A DNA stretch of 64,000 nt, taken from IMG/VR virus record IMGVR_UViG_3300018414_000006, positions 1 to 64,000 of that record; one strand, written 5' to 3'. Below are positions 54,917 through 64,000 of the stretch, piece by piece. A program made the translations under genes and the position numbers. Below the pieces are notes generated by a model, which was given only the letters and a program-made list of their open reading frames with translations, was not told the origin of the DNA and searched no databases. Numbering within the stretch: position 1 is the stretch's first letter; each line of letters starts with the position of its first letter. Origin of the DNA: a virus. Its lineage: Duplodnaviria > Heunggongvirae > Uroviricota > Caudoviricetes.

Positions 54917-56542
54917 ATGGCAATTATTCACAAAAAGAAAGTAACGGCTGCTCCTGCGCCGGAAAGCACAAGTACCCATTTTTCTAATGGTACAACTTCT
55001 CCTGCTGTTGAAGATGGTGCTGCTGCAATTAATCATCAAACTCTGAATGATCTTCTGGTAGATCCAGATGATACAAGTGGATCAACTCATTTCAGTAACA
55101 ATACTACTTTCAGCGAAAAAACAAATCGTAATAATGGTAGTGGTAGTGTTAAAGCATCAAGAAAAAAATCAGCTTCAATACTTGCAGATTTCATGGAAGA
55201 CTCTTTGAGTGGTGAAGACGAATTTGATAGTGATGATACTTTGACAGACGTTAATGCAGACTCTGGCATTTCAAGACCAGATAATGTAACTCCTCCAGGA
55301 AGTACTCAAACTATTCAAAATGGCAAAGGCGATCCTGCTGATGGTTATCTGACTATTGCTGATAGCGATTTTGACGATGACGACAACTATGACAATGAAT
55401 TTGAAGGTGAAACTGACGAAGTTGACGCTTCTGAACTTGAAGAAGATGAAACTGACGAAGTTGACGCTTCTGAAATTGACCCTGCCGCTATTGATAACGG
55501 TGGTGCTAATCAGCAACACTTAATGGTTGAATCTGATGCAGACTGGGATGATACCGACTCAGTGGAAGATATTGATTCAGATGTGGACGATTCTGATGTA
55601 ACTCCTCAGTCTATAGAAGATGGTTCTTTTGAAGACGAAGAAGAACCCGATGAAGTAGTTTCGTCGCCAGATGAGCAAATGAGCCTTCTGGATATTGATG
55701 AAACTGACGACACTGGTGATGATGTTGTTTTCGCCAGCATTGGCACACGTCTTCATGTTATCAAAGCTAATCGCATCATTGCCTCGTTGGGCAAAAAATA
55801 TGCGATTCAAGCCGGGCATGAAGATGTTTATCTAGGTGATGAGTTCCAGGATGTAGTGGGAATTGAAATGGCCAAACATGGCCTTCGTGCGGGTTTGCAA
55901 AAAATGGGATTTCAACTTGCTACTGTTAACATTTCAAAAAATGAAGTGATTAACAAACGTGTAGAAGCGAAGTCCAAAGTCGTAACGGCGGCACTTAGAA
56001 GAACTACAGATACAAAACACAAAGCAATGTCGCAATGTCTGGCTATTGCTGCGGTTGGTATTAATCGTGCTTATTTTAAAGACACACGTAACGAGCTTCG
56101 TGCAGCACTACAAGAAGAACTAGAATCTGCTGGTATGAGAAATGCGAGCGCAATGCTTAAACGAATATTTGCATCTCATGGAGTTTCTTACGCCAAGTCT
56201 ATTTTGACATTGGCTTCAAAACTATCTGATCTGCCAGAAAATGCACGTAATCAGTTTGTTGCTGCGCTTGATATGACTTCTGATGGTTCAGAAGATTCTG
56301 ACTTTTATGGAGAAGAAACAAGCCCGGATTTTCAAACAGAATATGCAAATGTTGAAGACGAAAGTGCAGATGAGGAGTTCGATGATGCATTTGAAGATGA
56401 ACTTGGAGAACCCACTAGTATTATGTCTTCTTTGTCACAGCCGGCAAGACGAAGAAAAGAAATAAGCGCCAAGTCTACTGGATATTCAGTAAGTGCTTCT
56501 GCCGTATTATCAGGTGATGCTCCTTTCCCTGTTTGTTATTAA
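54917..56542 (+). CDS. Highly acidic protein with Asp/Glu-rich tandem motifs; candidate prohead scaffold/core protein
   Basis: ETDEVDASELEEDETDEVDASEID is duplicated, with a 27-nt repeat at about 55411-55470. The protein is about 30% Asp+Glu. It sits between the protease and the capsid gene. Ribosome-binding site GAGGAATACGATG. Confidence 0.4.
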   Translation: MAIIHKKKVTAAPAPESTSTHFSNGTTSPAVEDGAAAINHQTLNDLLVDPDDTSGSTHFSNNTTFSEKTNRNNGSGSVKASRKKSASILADFMEDSLSGEDEFDSDDTLTDVNADSGISRPDNVTPPGSTQTIQNGKGDPADGYLTIADSDFDDDDNYDNEFEGETDEVDASELEEDETDEVDASEIDPAAIDNGGANQQHLMVESDADWDDTDSVEDIDSDVDDSDVTPQSIEDGSFEDEEEPDEVVSSPDEQMSLLDIDETDDTGDDVVFASIGTRLHVIKANRIIASLGKKYAIQAGHEDVYLGDEFQDVVGIEMAKHGLRAGLQKMGFQLATVNISKNEVINKRVEAKSKVVTAALRRTTDTKHKAMSQCLAIAAVGINRAYFKDTRNELRAALQEELESAGMRNASAMLKRIFASHGVSYAKSILTLASKLSDLPENARNQFVAALDMTSDGSEDSDFYGEETSPDFQTEYANVEDESADEEFDDAFEDELGEPTSIMSSLSQPARRRKEISAKSTGYSVSASAVLSGDAPFPVCY

Positions 56543-56613
56543 AAACACAAATTGCATTTTTATAGTGTAAGTTAATTACACTGAATTTCATTCCTAATAT
56601 TGGAGCATAAATT

Positions 56614-57300
56614 ATGCTGTATCTTCCATTGTCTAAAAATTCTGATAGCACAGAAATGAATGTTGCTCCTGGAGCGGTTATTCTTGCAGAAGGTCAGGCG
56701 CTAGTTCGCACTAATGGCGATCAATCTGCGGGTGTGATGCCGTCAACTGGTACTGCTACTGATGTTTTTCAAGGTTTCTCTTTTGCAGGTACTTCTGCTG
56801 CACCGTTTCCTGAAATGTATTACAACAAAGTAGAAATTTTCATTGTACCTGCTACTGGTGCAGTACAACTTTCTCTTCTGCCAATTGCGGGACAGGTAGC
56901 AGTTTTTGATAATACAGCAAATGCTCCTGTGCCCAATCCGACAGTAGCAGGACAACAGGTTACAGGATTAACCGCAGGTAATCAGGTAACAGTTACCTAC
57001 AAATATGTCATGAACATCATACAGCAACGTGCTCTTATGGGCGATGTTCAGCCTGGCGGCTATAGCGGTGCATACATCGGCCAGATTGGTGTGATTACTC
57101 GTGGTCCTGTTTATACCAGCGAATTTGATGCTTCAGTTAACTGGGCAACAGTCACAGAAATTAAACTTGCAGCTAATGGTCAATTAACTGATCAGTCTGG
57201 TACGGGTATTTCTATTAGTGGCAGTGTTATTGCCGTACCGGGTCAGGAAATTCCTTTTCTAGGCATCATGTTCTCTGCAAATTTTGGGCCTGCGGACTAA
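56614..57300 (+). CDS. Abundant virion protein candidate (228 aa; Gly/Thr/Val-rich beta protein), possibly a capsid decoration/vertex protein
   Basis: It shares the strong conserved leader AATATTGGAGCATAAATTATG with the capsid gene. Confidence 0.35.
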   Translation: MLYLPLSKNSDSTEMNVAPGAVILAEGQALVRTNGDQSAGVMPSTGTATDVFQGFSFAGTSAAPFPEMYYNKVEIFIVPATGAVQLSLLPIAGQVAVFDNTANAPVPNPTVAGQQVTGLTAGNQVTVTYKYVMNIIQQRALMGDVQPGGYSGAYIGQIGVITRGPVYTSEFDASVNWATVTEIKLAANGQLTDQSGTGISISGSVIAVPGQEIPFLGIMFSANFGPAD

Positions 57301-57328
57301 AAATTAATTAAATATTGGAGTATATACA

Positions 57329-58417
57329 ATGCCTACTAATAAAGTCAAAATTCGTGCATCCAAAACACCACGTGTTGCAGCAAGCGAATATCGTTTCCCG
57401 GGAGAGAGTACAAGGGTTGTCGGGTCAAACGGTGAAATAAATGCTTCGGATAAAAAAGATCTTTTCAATCGACAGTTACAGTTTCTAGCTGCTGCTTCTA
57501 ATGGACAAATAGCATTAGATTCCACAATGAAAGACGCAGAAAGAGCTGCACAAACTTCTAAAGAACTCGTAAGAGCTGCTTTCAATGATGAATCCGCTCA
57601 TCGAATTCTTGGCGAACGTATGTCAGACTCTCTGTATATTACCTGTAATCGTCAGGGATTCATGCGGAAATATCTGACTAAAATTACAGTAGAACAGGGC
57701 GCAATTCCTCGTTTTCCGTTGCGTACTAAAAACGTTACTGCAACATATTCAACATCTCCGACTCGCATTCAATCGCAAATTACTCGTGATAAATGGTTTA
57801 CTCCACCCGAATTGCAGATTGTCACGCGCCCCTTTATTCCAACGAATGAATTGAATCAGTCTGCCGGGGATGTGCTTCAGGAAAAGTACGTTGAAGCAAC
57901 TGAAGCTATCATGGTCAGTGAAGATCGACTTTGGTACAATCAGGTTAACTCATTGGTTGGTGTTGATAATGAACTGTCGCTTATCAGTGGGCAACTAACA
58001 CCGTATACGTTTGCACAAGTTATGGTTAATGTCACGCGCTGGGGTCTTAAAGCACCGCACGTTTTGATTGCTACGGATATCTATCAGGATATCATTGGTA
58101 ATCAGGATTTCTTCCTTGCTATTGATCCAGTTGCACGACATGAGCTGCTTCTTACTGGTGAATTGGGTGTGATGTATGGTTGCACGATTACTTCAGATGC
58201 ATATCGCCATCCTGAACACAAAGTCCTGAATCAAGGTGAATTCTATGTTATTTCAGATGCACTGAATCATGGTGCGTATTCTGATCGAGGTGGTCTGCAA
58301 TCCAGTCCTATCGATATGACGATTGAAAAAGTTCCGGGTCGAGGGTGGGTAATTCATGAATCTATGGCTATTTCTATTGCCAACAGTCGATCAGTAGCCA
58401 AAGGGCTGCGTCCGTAA
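57329..58417 (+). CDS. Putative major capsid protein (362 aa)
   Basis: Leader AATATTGGAGTATATACAATG (strongest ribosome-binding site in the window). Its size and its position after protease and scaffold and before the tail genes fit a major capsid protein. No diagnostic motif was seen. Confidence 0.45.
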   Translation: MPTNKVKIRASKTPRVAASEYRFPGESTRVVGSNGEINASDKKDLFNRQLQFLAAASNGQIALDSTMKDAERAAQTSKELVRAAFNDESAHRILGERMSDSLYITCNRQGFMRKYLTKITVEQGAIPRFPLRTKNVTATYSTSPTRIQSQITRDKWFTPPELQIVTRPFIPTNELNQSAGDVLQEKYVEATEAIMVSEDRLWYNQVNSLVGVDNELSLISGQLTPYTFAQVMVNVTRWGLKAPHVLIATDIYQDIIGNQDFFLAIDPVARHELLLTGELGVMYGCTITSDAYRHPEHKVLNQGEFYVISDALNHGAYSDRGGLQSSPIDMTIEKVPGRGWVIHESMAISIANSRSVAKGLRP

Positions 58418-58450
58418 TAATCAAATATTTTCAAATTTAAGGAAATAATC

Positions 58451-58774
58451 ATGAAACAATACAATCGCGCACTTGACTTCATGTCATTGTCGGCAGTTCA
58501 ACTTCAAGCAGGTAATACTACACGTGCGGCAAAATTGCTTGCAAAAGCAGTTAAAGAACCCTCGTTCGCACGTGCCATTCAGATTATTGAAGCATCCAAT
58601 GCTCAAGCGTATCGGGCACATTCTCGTGCTCGTACTGTCAGGGCTGCGGAAGAAGAAGCATTAGATAGTCTGGTAACAGATCTGGATGACGACGAAGGCG
58701 ACGATATGGAAGAAGTGGAGGTGGAAGAAACTGCCAGCACTCAATTTGCACGTGTGCTTCGGTCAATGAGATAA
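58451..58774 (+). CDS. hypothetical protein with an acidic C-terminus (107 aa)
   Basis: ORF with ribosome-binding site AAGGAAATAATCATG. Confidence 0.45.
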   Translation: MKQYNRALDFMSLSAVQLQAGNTTRAAKLLAKAVKEPSFARAIQIIEASNAQAYRAHSRARTVRAAEEEALDSLVTDLDDDEGDDMEEVEVEETASTQFARVLRSMR

Positions 58775-58909
58775 TAAACGCCAGAGAATCCGGCATAGCC
58801 TGTGCAATTTTATTGTGTAGCACTATATATTCAAGCACACAACAGGCAACAACTAGATAGCCCGCCTGGTTAATACCGTGCGGGCTATTTTTACATTCAG
58901 GAGTTAAAA

Positions 58910-59590
58910 ATGTCTGATGGAGGTGTTCATCAAGTTAGTTTGCAACCTATAGAATATATGGTGTTTGCCGGATTTCAGAGGCGATTTCAACAAGTATTCA
59001 ATTGCCCCTGTGCTTTTATTGATCAAAATGATAAAACAAGAGTTCTTGAACGTGTTTTTGGAAGAGGAAATTCATTAACGTATCCTTATGCATGGTTTGA
59101 AATACAGAACATGAGTCATAACTTGGATTCCTATAATCCAAACTATATGGCAAGAAGGGGCCTTGTTACACGTATTGCAACAGATAGTTCGGTACAAACA
59201 GTTCGAATTCTGCCAACTAACTTTGAAGTAGAAGTCACTTATATAACCAATCAATTTCAGTCAATAGATCAGGGTTCAGTTATAGCTTTTATAAAACGAT
59301 GGTTATTTGCAAGAAGAATGGGCTATCTGAAATTCAGTATTGATTATGGTCTATTAAACTTCAATATAAATCTTACCAATTCAGAATCTGTTGCTGTTCC
59401 CAAACGTGACAATATTACTGAAGCCGAAACTAAGTACGAAGTAAAAACATCGACAATAATTCATGGTTATACAAGTGAACCTGTGTTGGGTATCAAGGGC
59501 AAAGTAAATCAGTTCAATGTGCAAGAAACCTATTCTACCTCTGATACACAGATCGTTAACAAGACTTATCATTCATTTAACAGGAATTAG
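58910..59590 (+). CDS. hypothetical structural-module protein (226 aa)
   Basis: ORF with ribosome-binding site AGGAGTTAAAAATG. Confidence 0.45.
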   Translation: MSDGGVHQVSLQPIEYMVFAGFQRRFQQVFNCPCAFIDQNDKTRVLERVFGRGNSLTYPYAWFEIQNMSHNLDSYNPNYMARRGLVTRIATDSSVQTVRILPTNFEVEVTYITNQFQSIDQGSVIAFIKRWLFARRMGYLKFSIDYGLLNFNINLTNSESVAVPKRDNITEAETKYEVKTSTIIHGYTSEPVLGIKGKVNQFNVQETYSTSDTQIVNKTYHSFNRN

Positions 59591-59592
59591 CT

Positions 59593-59901
59593 ATGTCACT
59601 TCAGATAAAAAATATGGGCAGAGATTCATTACAAGTAGGTATCATTCTTAAAAATGGCAAAAAAACAACTGTGCGAGTAATGCCTAGAACACAAAAAGGA
59701 ATTTCACTACCTGCTGGATCGCGCGTGGATCCTTATTGGCTTGCAACACATACTTCCGCCAAAATTCTTGTTCGTGATGTACCAGAAAAATCTACAGGCA
59801 TTTCAAAAAGTATTGCACCAAGTACAACTGCGTCTGGTGCACCTACAGCTTCATCGGTAGTTCAAAAGAACGCAGCTACTCCCTCCAAAAAAGGAGTATA
59901 A
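59593..59901 (+). CDS. hypothetical protein (102 aa)
   Basis: ORF. Confidence 0.4.
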   Translation: MSLQIKNMGRDSLQVGIILKNGKKTTVRVMPRTQKGISLPAGSRVDPYWLATHTSAKILVRDVPEKSTGISKSIAPSTTASGAPTASSVVQKNAATPSKKGV

Positions 59902-59903
59902 GA

Positions 59904-61829
59904 ATGGCACTTTCTCCGATACAAGGTTCTAAAGTTATTGTTCAGGAAATTAATTTGTCACAAATCATTGTGGCTACCTCTAGTTCAGTAGCTTCTCAGA
60001 TTGTGGTATCCAATCAAGGAGCCACTGTACCAATTAATATCACTAACAATGGAGACTATCTGTCTCAATATGGTAATCCTAATGCACAAATTGGATTTGA
60101 TATCTATTGTGGACTCGATTATCTTTCGGAAGGTAATAATTTGTGGAGCCTTCGTGTGGTAGGCGAAGGTGCAATGTATTCTGCAATATTAATGTGGACA
60201 AATGGAAGTGATACGTACCTATCACCAATTGCAGATGGAATACCTGATCCTGCAAATCCCGATTGGACAGGACTATTGCCACCCGGTAATAATGAGGCAA
60301 TAGCACTTTTTTATGCTAGTAAAGGTCCAGGTTCCTATGGTGATAATATTGCACTATCGGTCACTTCTGTAAATCTGACACAACCACAAGATATTCAAGT
60401 TACTTCCAGCGACACTGGTGGTAATCTTCCTGCTGCTACATATCAATATCAAGTATCTGCTATTTCTGCTACCGGTGAGACTCTTGCTTCACAACCAGTA
60501 GAAATAGTAATTGCAGGTGCGCAGGTTACTAACAGTAATACTATAACTTGGGATATTCAGACACAAGCCATAGGATATAAAGTGTATGGCAGAACACAGG
60601 ATTCGGTTGGTTATATAGCGACTATTGGGCAGGGCACTAATTCATTTATTGATACTGGTGCCATAGCACCTGACACAACACAGCTTCCAATAACTGATGA
60701 GTCAGAAGTAACTACCAGTCCAGTATTTAATGTCAATGTGTTCGATACTACTATCTCAACACAGAATGCTGTTGAAATGTTTGATAGCACACTACTGGAA
60801 AATACCAGTTCAGCAGGTATTGAAACCGAACTAGAACAGCGTATAAATCCTTATAGTAACTACATTCGCGTAACTTCTAATGTTCCTGCACTTTTTTCTA
60901 TTCCAGTAGTAAACAGCTCACCTCTTACTGTTATGGCAGGTGGTGATAGTGGTGCAGCACCTACTTCCTATGATATCGCAGGCGCATGGAGTACTTTCAG
61001 TGACAATCAACTGTATCCTATCAATATACAGATAAATGGTGGCCATTCGGATCCAACTGTACAATTGGCAATGGATTCATTGGCGCAGTCTCGTGGGGAT
61101 CTTATTGGAATGCTGGATGTGCCTTCAGCAGATCAAAAATTTCAAGATGCAATAAACTATAGAAACCTTCAATTAAATCTTAATTCTTCTTACAGTGCAT
61201 TATTCTGCCCTGACGTTCTGGAAGCAGATACGATCAATGGTAAACAACAGTACGTTCCATTTTCGGGTTGGGCTGCGGCACTATGTGCCCGAACAGATCG
61301 AGTGGCCAATCCCAGTTTTTCTATCGCAGGTCTTAATCGTGGTCTTATAAATGTTTTAAAGACTCGATATACCTACGATCAAGGAGAAATGGACAGTCTT
61401 TTTGCTGCACAAGTTAATTATACTATGGTGGGACAGGGAATTTCACTTTGGGAACAACAGACACTTTCTTCTGAATTTAGCGCACTGTCCTGGATATCAG
61501 TACGTCGCATAACTAATGTTATAAAAACATCGCTATATAAATTTCTTCTGTATTCCCTACAGGAACCGAATGATGATTTTCTTGGTAGACAGATTGTAGG
61601 TGCCTGTTCTTCCTATTTGCAAGCTATACAGAATGCAAGAGGTCTTAGCGGTTTTTCTGTGATTTCAGATAGCTCTAACAATAGTGCTCAGGATTTTAAT
61701 AGTGGAATCAGGAATGTGGCAGTAATCATTATTCCTACAATTCCTACTCATTTAATTAATCTTCAGGTGGCCATAAGCAAACAGGGAGTTTCTTTTACAG
61801 AGGCGTTGTCACAAATAAATCCGGGCTAA
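59904..61829 (+). CDS. Tail sheath protein (contractile tail)
   Basis: The C-terminal region SIAGLNRGLINVLKTRYTYDQGEMDSLFAAQVNYTMVGQGISLWEQQTLS...WISVRRITNVIKTSLYKFLLYSLQEPNDDFLGRQIVGACSSYL matches the conserved sheath C-terminal domain (AG.NRG......y.l.q.e.d.L....iN.i......G..vWG.rTL....W.YinVRRl...i..si.......vFEPN...LW). The length is 641 aa. Confidence 0.8.
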   Translation: MALSPIQGSKVIVQEINLSQIIVATSSSVASQIVVSNQGATVPINITNNGDYLSQYGNPNAQIGFDIYCGLDYLSEGNNLWSLRVVGEGAMYSAILMWTNGSDTYLSPIADGIPDPANPDWTGLLPPGNNEAIALFYASKGPGSYGDNIALSVTSVNLTQPQDIQVTSSDTGGNLPAATYQYQVSAISATGETLASQPVEIVIAGAQVTNSNTITWDIQTQAIGYKVYGRTQDSVGYIATIGQGTNSFIDTGAIAPDTTQLPITDESEVTTSPVFNVNVFDTTISTQNAVEMFDSTLLENTSSAGIETELEQRINPYSNYIRVTSNVPALFSIPVVNSSPLTVMAGGDSGAAPTSYDIAGAWSTFSDNQLYPINIQINGGHSDPTVQLAMDSLAQSRGDLIGMLDVPSADQKFQDAINYRNLQLNLNSSYSALFCPDVLEADTINGKQQYVPFSGWAAALCARTDRVANPSFSIAGLNRGLINVLKTRYTYDQGEMDSLFAAQVNYTMVGQGISLWEQQTLSSEFSALSWISVRRITNVIKTSLYKFLLYSLQEPNDDFLGRQIVGACSSYLQAIQNARGLSGFSVISDSSNNSAQDFNSGIRNVAVIIIPTIPTHLINLQVAISKQGVSFTEALSQINPG

Positions 61830-61835
61830 AACATC

Positions 61836-62210
61836 ATGAAAATTTTTGCATACGAAAGATTGGCAGCAACTGATTCTGATGTTATAGCACCTGCTACTTC
61901 ATTTAAAGAAAAAAATGAAAGTGATTTGGCTAGAAGACAGCAACAGGAAGAAAAACAGGAAACTGAAAATACAGATAATTCGAACACTGAAACTTCAAGT
62001 CTAAGAGCTGCTTTGCGTATTCTTGCTTTTTCTAGAACAAAAGCAAGTTCGACTATCGATGGTGATTTTCCTGCGGGTCAATCTTTTCCCAGTCGAATTG
62101 TAACTGAAGATCCTGCTACTAATGACTACCTTAATACAACCGCCTGTGAGGATGTTCTAGCAGATGCAGATCCACATATTTTTAATCTGGCGGAACAACC
62201 TCTTCCTTAA
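61836..62210 (+). CDS. hypothetical protein (124 aa)
   Basis: ORF between the sheath and the putative tube gene. Confidence 0.4.
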   Translation: MKIFAYERLAATDSDVIAPATSFKEKNESDLARRQQQEEKQETENTDNSNTETSSLRAALRILAFSRTKASSTIDGDFPAGQSFPSRIVTEDPATNDYLNTTACEDVLADADPHIFNLAEQPLP

Positions 62211-62221
62211 GGAAAAATAAC

Positions 62222-62725
62222 ATGGCAAGAACATCATTATACGATGTGCAATCAATTCCAGATCCTGCACAGTCATGGGAATTCGATTTATTTTTACCAT
62301 CGATTCCTGGATCTTCTAACACTAATCAGTTAACCTACAGATGCATGAGTGCAGTTGTACCAGGAACAGAAATAGATGAAGTAAGAGTTCCATTGCATGG
62401 TGTTGAACTGGTATTTATGGGAAGACGTAATTATACACATACGTTCAACACGCAAATGCTTGAAGCTATTGACTGGCAGACAAGAGCACAGTTGAAAGCA
62501 TGGATGGACGCTGGCCGCGACTGGATAACGAATACTGGTTCTCAATCGTCAACGTACAAAGTAAATCTGCAACTTGTTCTATATAATGACATGCCGCAAG
62601 TAGCACAGACAATTACCATATTTGGTGCCTGGCCTAAAGCAATTCAGGATGTCAGCTTAAATGGTGGTGCATCCGAACATATTGCACCTGAAATTACTTG
62701 GACGTATGACTATATAGATAACTAA
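62222..62725 (+). CDS. Putative tail tube protein (167 aa)
   Basis: Assigned from position (immediately after the sheath gene) and size only (T4 gp19 is 163 aa). Confidence 0.35.
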   Translation: MARTSLYDVQSIPDPAQSWEFDLFLPSIPGSSNTNQLTYRCMSAVVPGTEIDEVRVPLHGVELVFMGRRNYTHTFNTQMLEAIDWQTRAQLKAWMDAGRDWITNTGSQSSTYKVNLQLVLYNDMPQVAQTITIFGAWPKAIQDVSLNGGASEHIAPEITWTYDYIDN

Positions 62726-62767
62726 AATGCAAGGAATTATATTAAATATCTGTCTAAGGAGAATATT

Positions 62768-64000
62768 GTGCAGTCGCCATTTTCAATATCCATATTAATA
62801 TATGGATCAAGTTCAAGCCCTCCATCTATAGTAAACGCTTCATGGGTAAGTTCATTGTCCATAACAAATCCGTCAGTTCCCGGTGTAGTAGTGCTATTTG
62901 GTGGTGACGGAGATTCTATTCCGGGTCTGTATATATGGGCAAATAATAGATGGACGTTCTGTTTGCCTTATGATGTTATCAGCAAATTTATTGTCTTCGG
63001 AGGTCAGATATCTGTATATGTAAATCTGACTGAAGAAATTGAAATAGATCCTAGTGTAGCAATTTATAGAAACGGTGTTCAGTCTTCTTCGTTGAATCTG
63101 ACTCCCGATCCTGTTATCTGGGTCACTGTGTCAGTAACACCGCCTGGATCTTATGTTCTTCCACCTGCTACAGATTATACTTTAGGAGGCATAAAAGTCG
63201 GAGACAATCTGACAATTACAGGTGATGGTACATTAAGTGCAATAGATCAATCAACAGAATCTTATACACTACCGCCCGCCACAACATCAACTTTAGGTGG
63301 AGTAATTATTGGAGAAAATCTATCAGTTAGTGCGGGTGGAATTATAAGCGGCCCAACACCTACTCCTGAATATGTATTGCCACCTGCTACCGTAACAACT
63401 CTGGGTGGTGTAATTGTTGGAAATAATTTGACCGTTGAAGCAAATGGCACTCTTAATGCAATAGACCAATCAACAGAACCATATGTGTTGCCGCCTGCTA
63501 CTTCAACGATATTGGGTGGTATAAAGGTTGGGGAAAATCTCACTGTAGAAGCAGATGGTACTTTAAATGCTTCAGGAAGTACTGCTGAATATATTTTGCC
63601 GCCTGCTACCGTAACAACTCTGGGTGGTGTAATTATTGGGCAAAATCTTACAGTGGAACCCAACGGCACATTAAATGCTATTGATCAATCAACAGAACCT
63701 TATGTGTTGCCACCTGCTACAGTGACAACTCTGGGTGGCGTGATAGTTGGGGAAAATCTCACTGTAGAAGCAGATGGAACTCTTAATGCAATAGATCAAG
63801 CAACAGAACCTTATGTATTGCCACCTGCTACTACCAGTTCTTTGGGTGGAATTATAGCTGGTGCGAATTTGACGGTAGATTCTGACGGCACATTGAATGC
63901 TTTAGCTACCGGCAATGTTGATGGTACCGCTCTTGGGGCTACAACACCACTGTTAAATGTCACAATCAACCCTGCTAACTTTCTTGGATGGGGAACAAAT
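62768..64000 (+). CDS. Tail fibre protein with about 41-aa tandem 'phage fibre' repeats (3' partial; GTG start after AAGGAG)
   Basis: The unit Y(V/T)LPPAT..(T/S)LGG(V/I)..G.NLTV...GTLNAIDQSTE repeats at least 7 times (123-bp DNA period) from about 63150. The ORF stays open to the window end and is missing from the ORF track because no stop falls inside the window. Confidence 0.7.
   Translation, partial: MQSPFSISILIYGSSSSPPSIVNASWVSSLSITNPSVPGVVVLFGGDGDSIPGLYIWANNRWTFCLPYDVISKFIVFGGQISVYVNLTEEIEIDPSVAIYRNGVQSSSLNLTPDPVIWVTVSVTPPGSYVLPPATDYTLGGIKVGDNLTITGDGTLSAIDQSTESYTLPPATTSTLGGVIIGENLSVSAGGIISGPTPTPEYVLPPATVTTLGGVIVGNNLTVEANGTLNAIDQSTEPYVLPPATSTILGGIKVGENLTVEADGTLNASGSTAEYILPPATVTTLGGVIIGQNLTVEPNGTLNAIDQSTEPYVLPPATVTTLGGVIVGENLTVEADGTLNAIDQATEPYVLPPATTSSLGGIIAGANLTVDSDGTLNALATGNVDGTALGATTPLLNVTINPANFLGWGTN

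Noticed and set aside
63262-63669. 135-aa minus-strand ORF in the final kilobase
   Set aside because: It lies entirely within the tail-fibre gene's 123-bp tandem repeats; its repeat-derived periodic protein sequence is an artefact.
1-64000. tRNA or other structured RNA genes
   Set aside because: No cloverleaf-compatible GC-rich 70-90-nt segments were recognised by eye in the intergenic regions. This needs tRNAscan-SE or Infernal for a definitive answer.

Overview
This 64 kb window looks like one contiguous, AT-rich segment of a large contractile-tailed (myovirus-type) phage genome. Essentially all credible genes sit on the + strand, are tightly packed with frequent ATGA/TAATG overlaps, and use Shine-Dalgarno-type ribosome-binding sites (AAGGA/GGAG). 

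The first ~30 kb has the character of an early/middle region. It holds many small ORFs, several paralog families, and a promoter/operator module repeated four times. It also carries a T4-type topoisomerase II, an NAD-dependent DNA ligase, two HNH endonucleases, a J-domain protein and two AT-hook proteins with acidic tails. 

The middle section (30-52 kb) contains a 36-bp periodic repeat array next to a protein with an IS110-like C-terminal domain, a MazG-like gene, a homospermidine-synthase-like gene and a Nudix hydrolase. It also holds a 1541-aa SNF2-family ATPase and several large unassigned proteins. 

The last ~12 kb is a late structural module: an intein-containing T4 gp21-like prohead protease, an acidic scaffold candidate, a major capsid candidate, tail sheath, tube and a repeat-rich tail fibre. 

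The most unusual feature is the topoisomerase II large-subunit gene. It is physically split by a naturally split (trans-splicing) intein, and its C-terminal half carries a second, contiguous intein with a class-3-like signature. A third intein, with a LAGLIDADG endonuclease domain, interrupts the prohead protease. 

No rRNA, tRNA or CRISPR array could be supported from the sequence.
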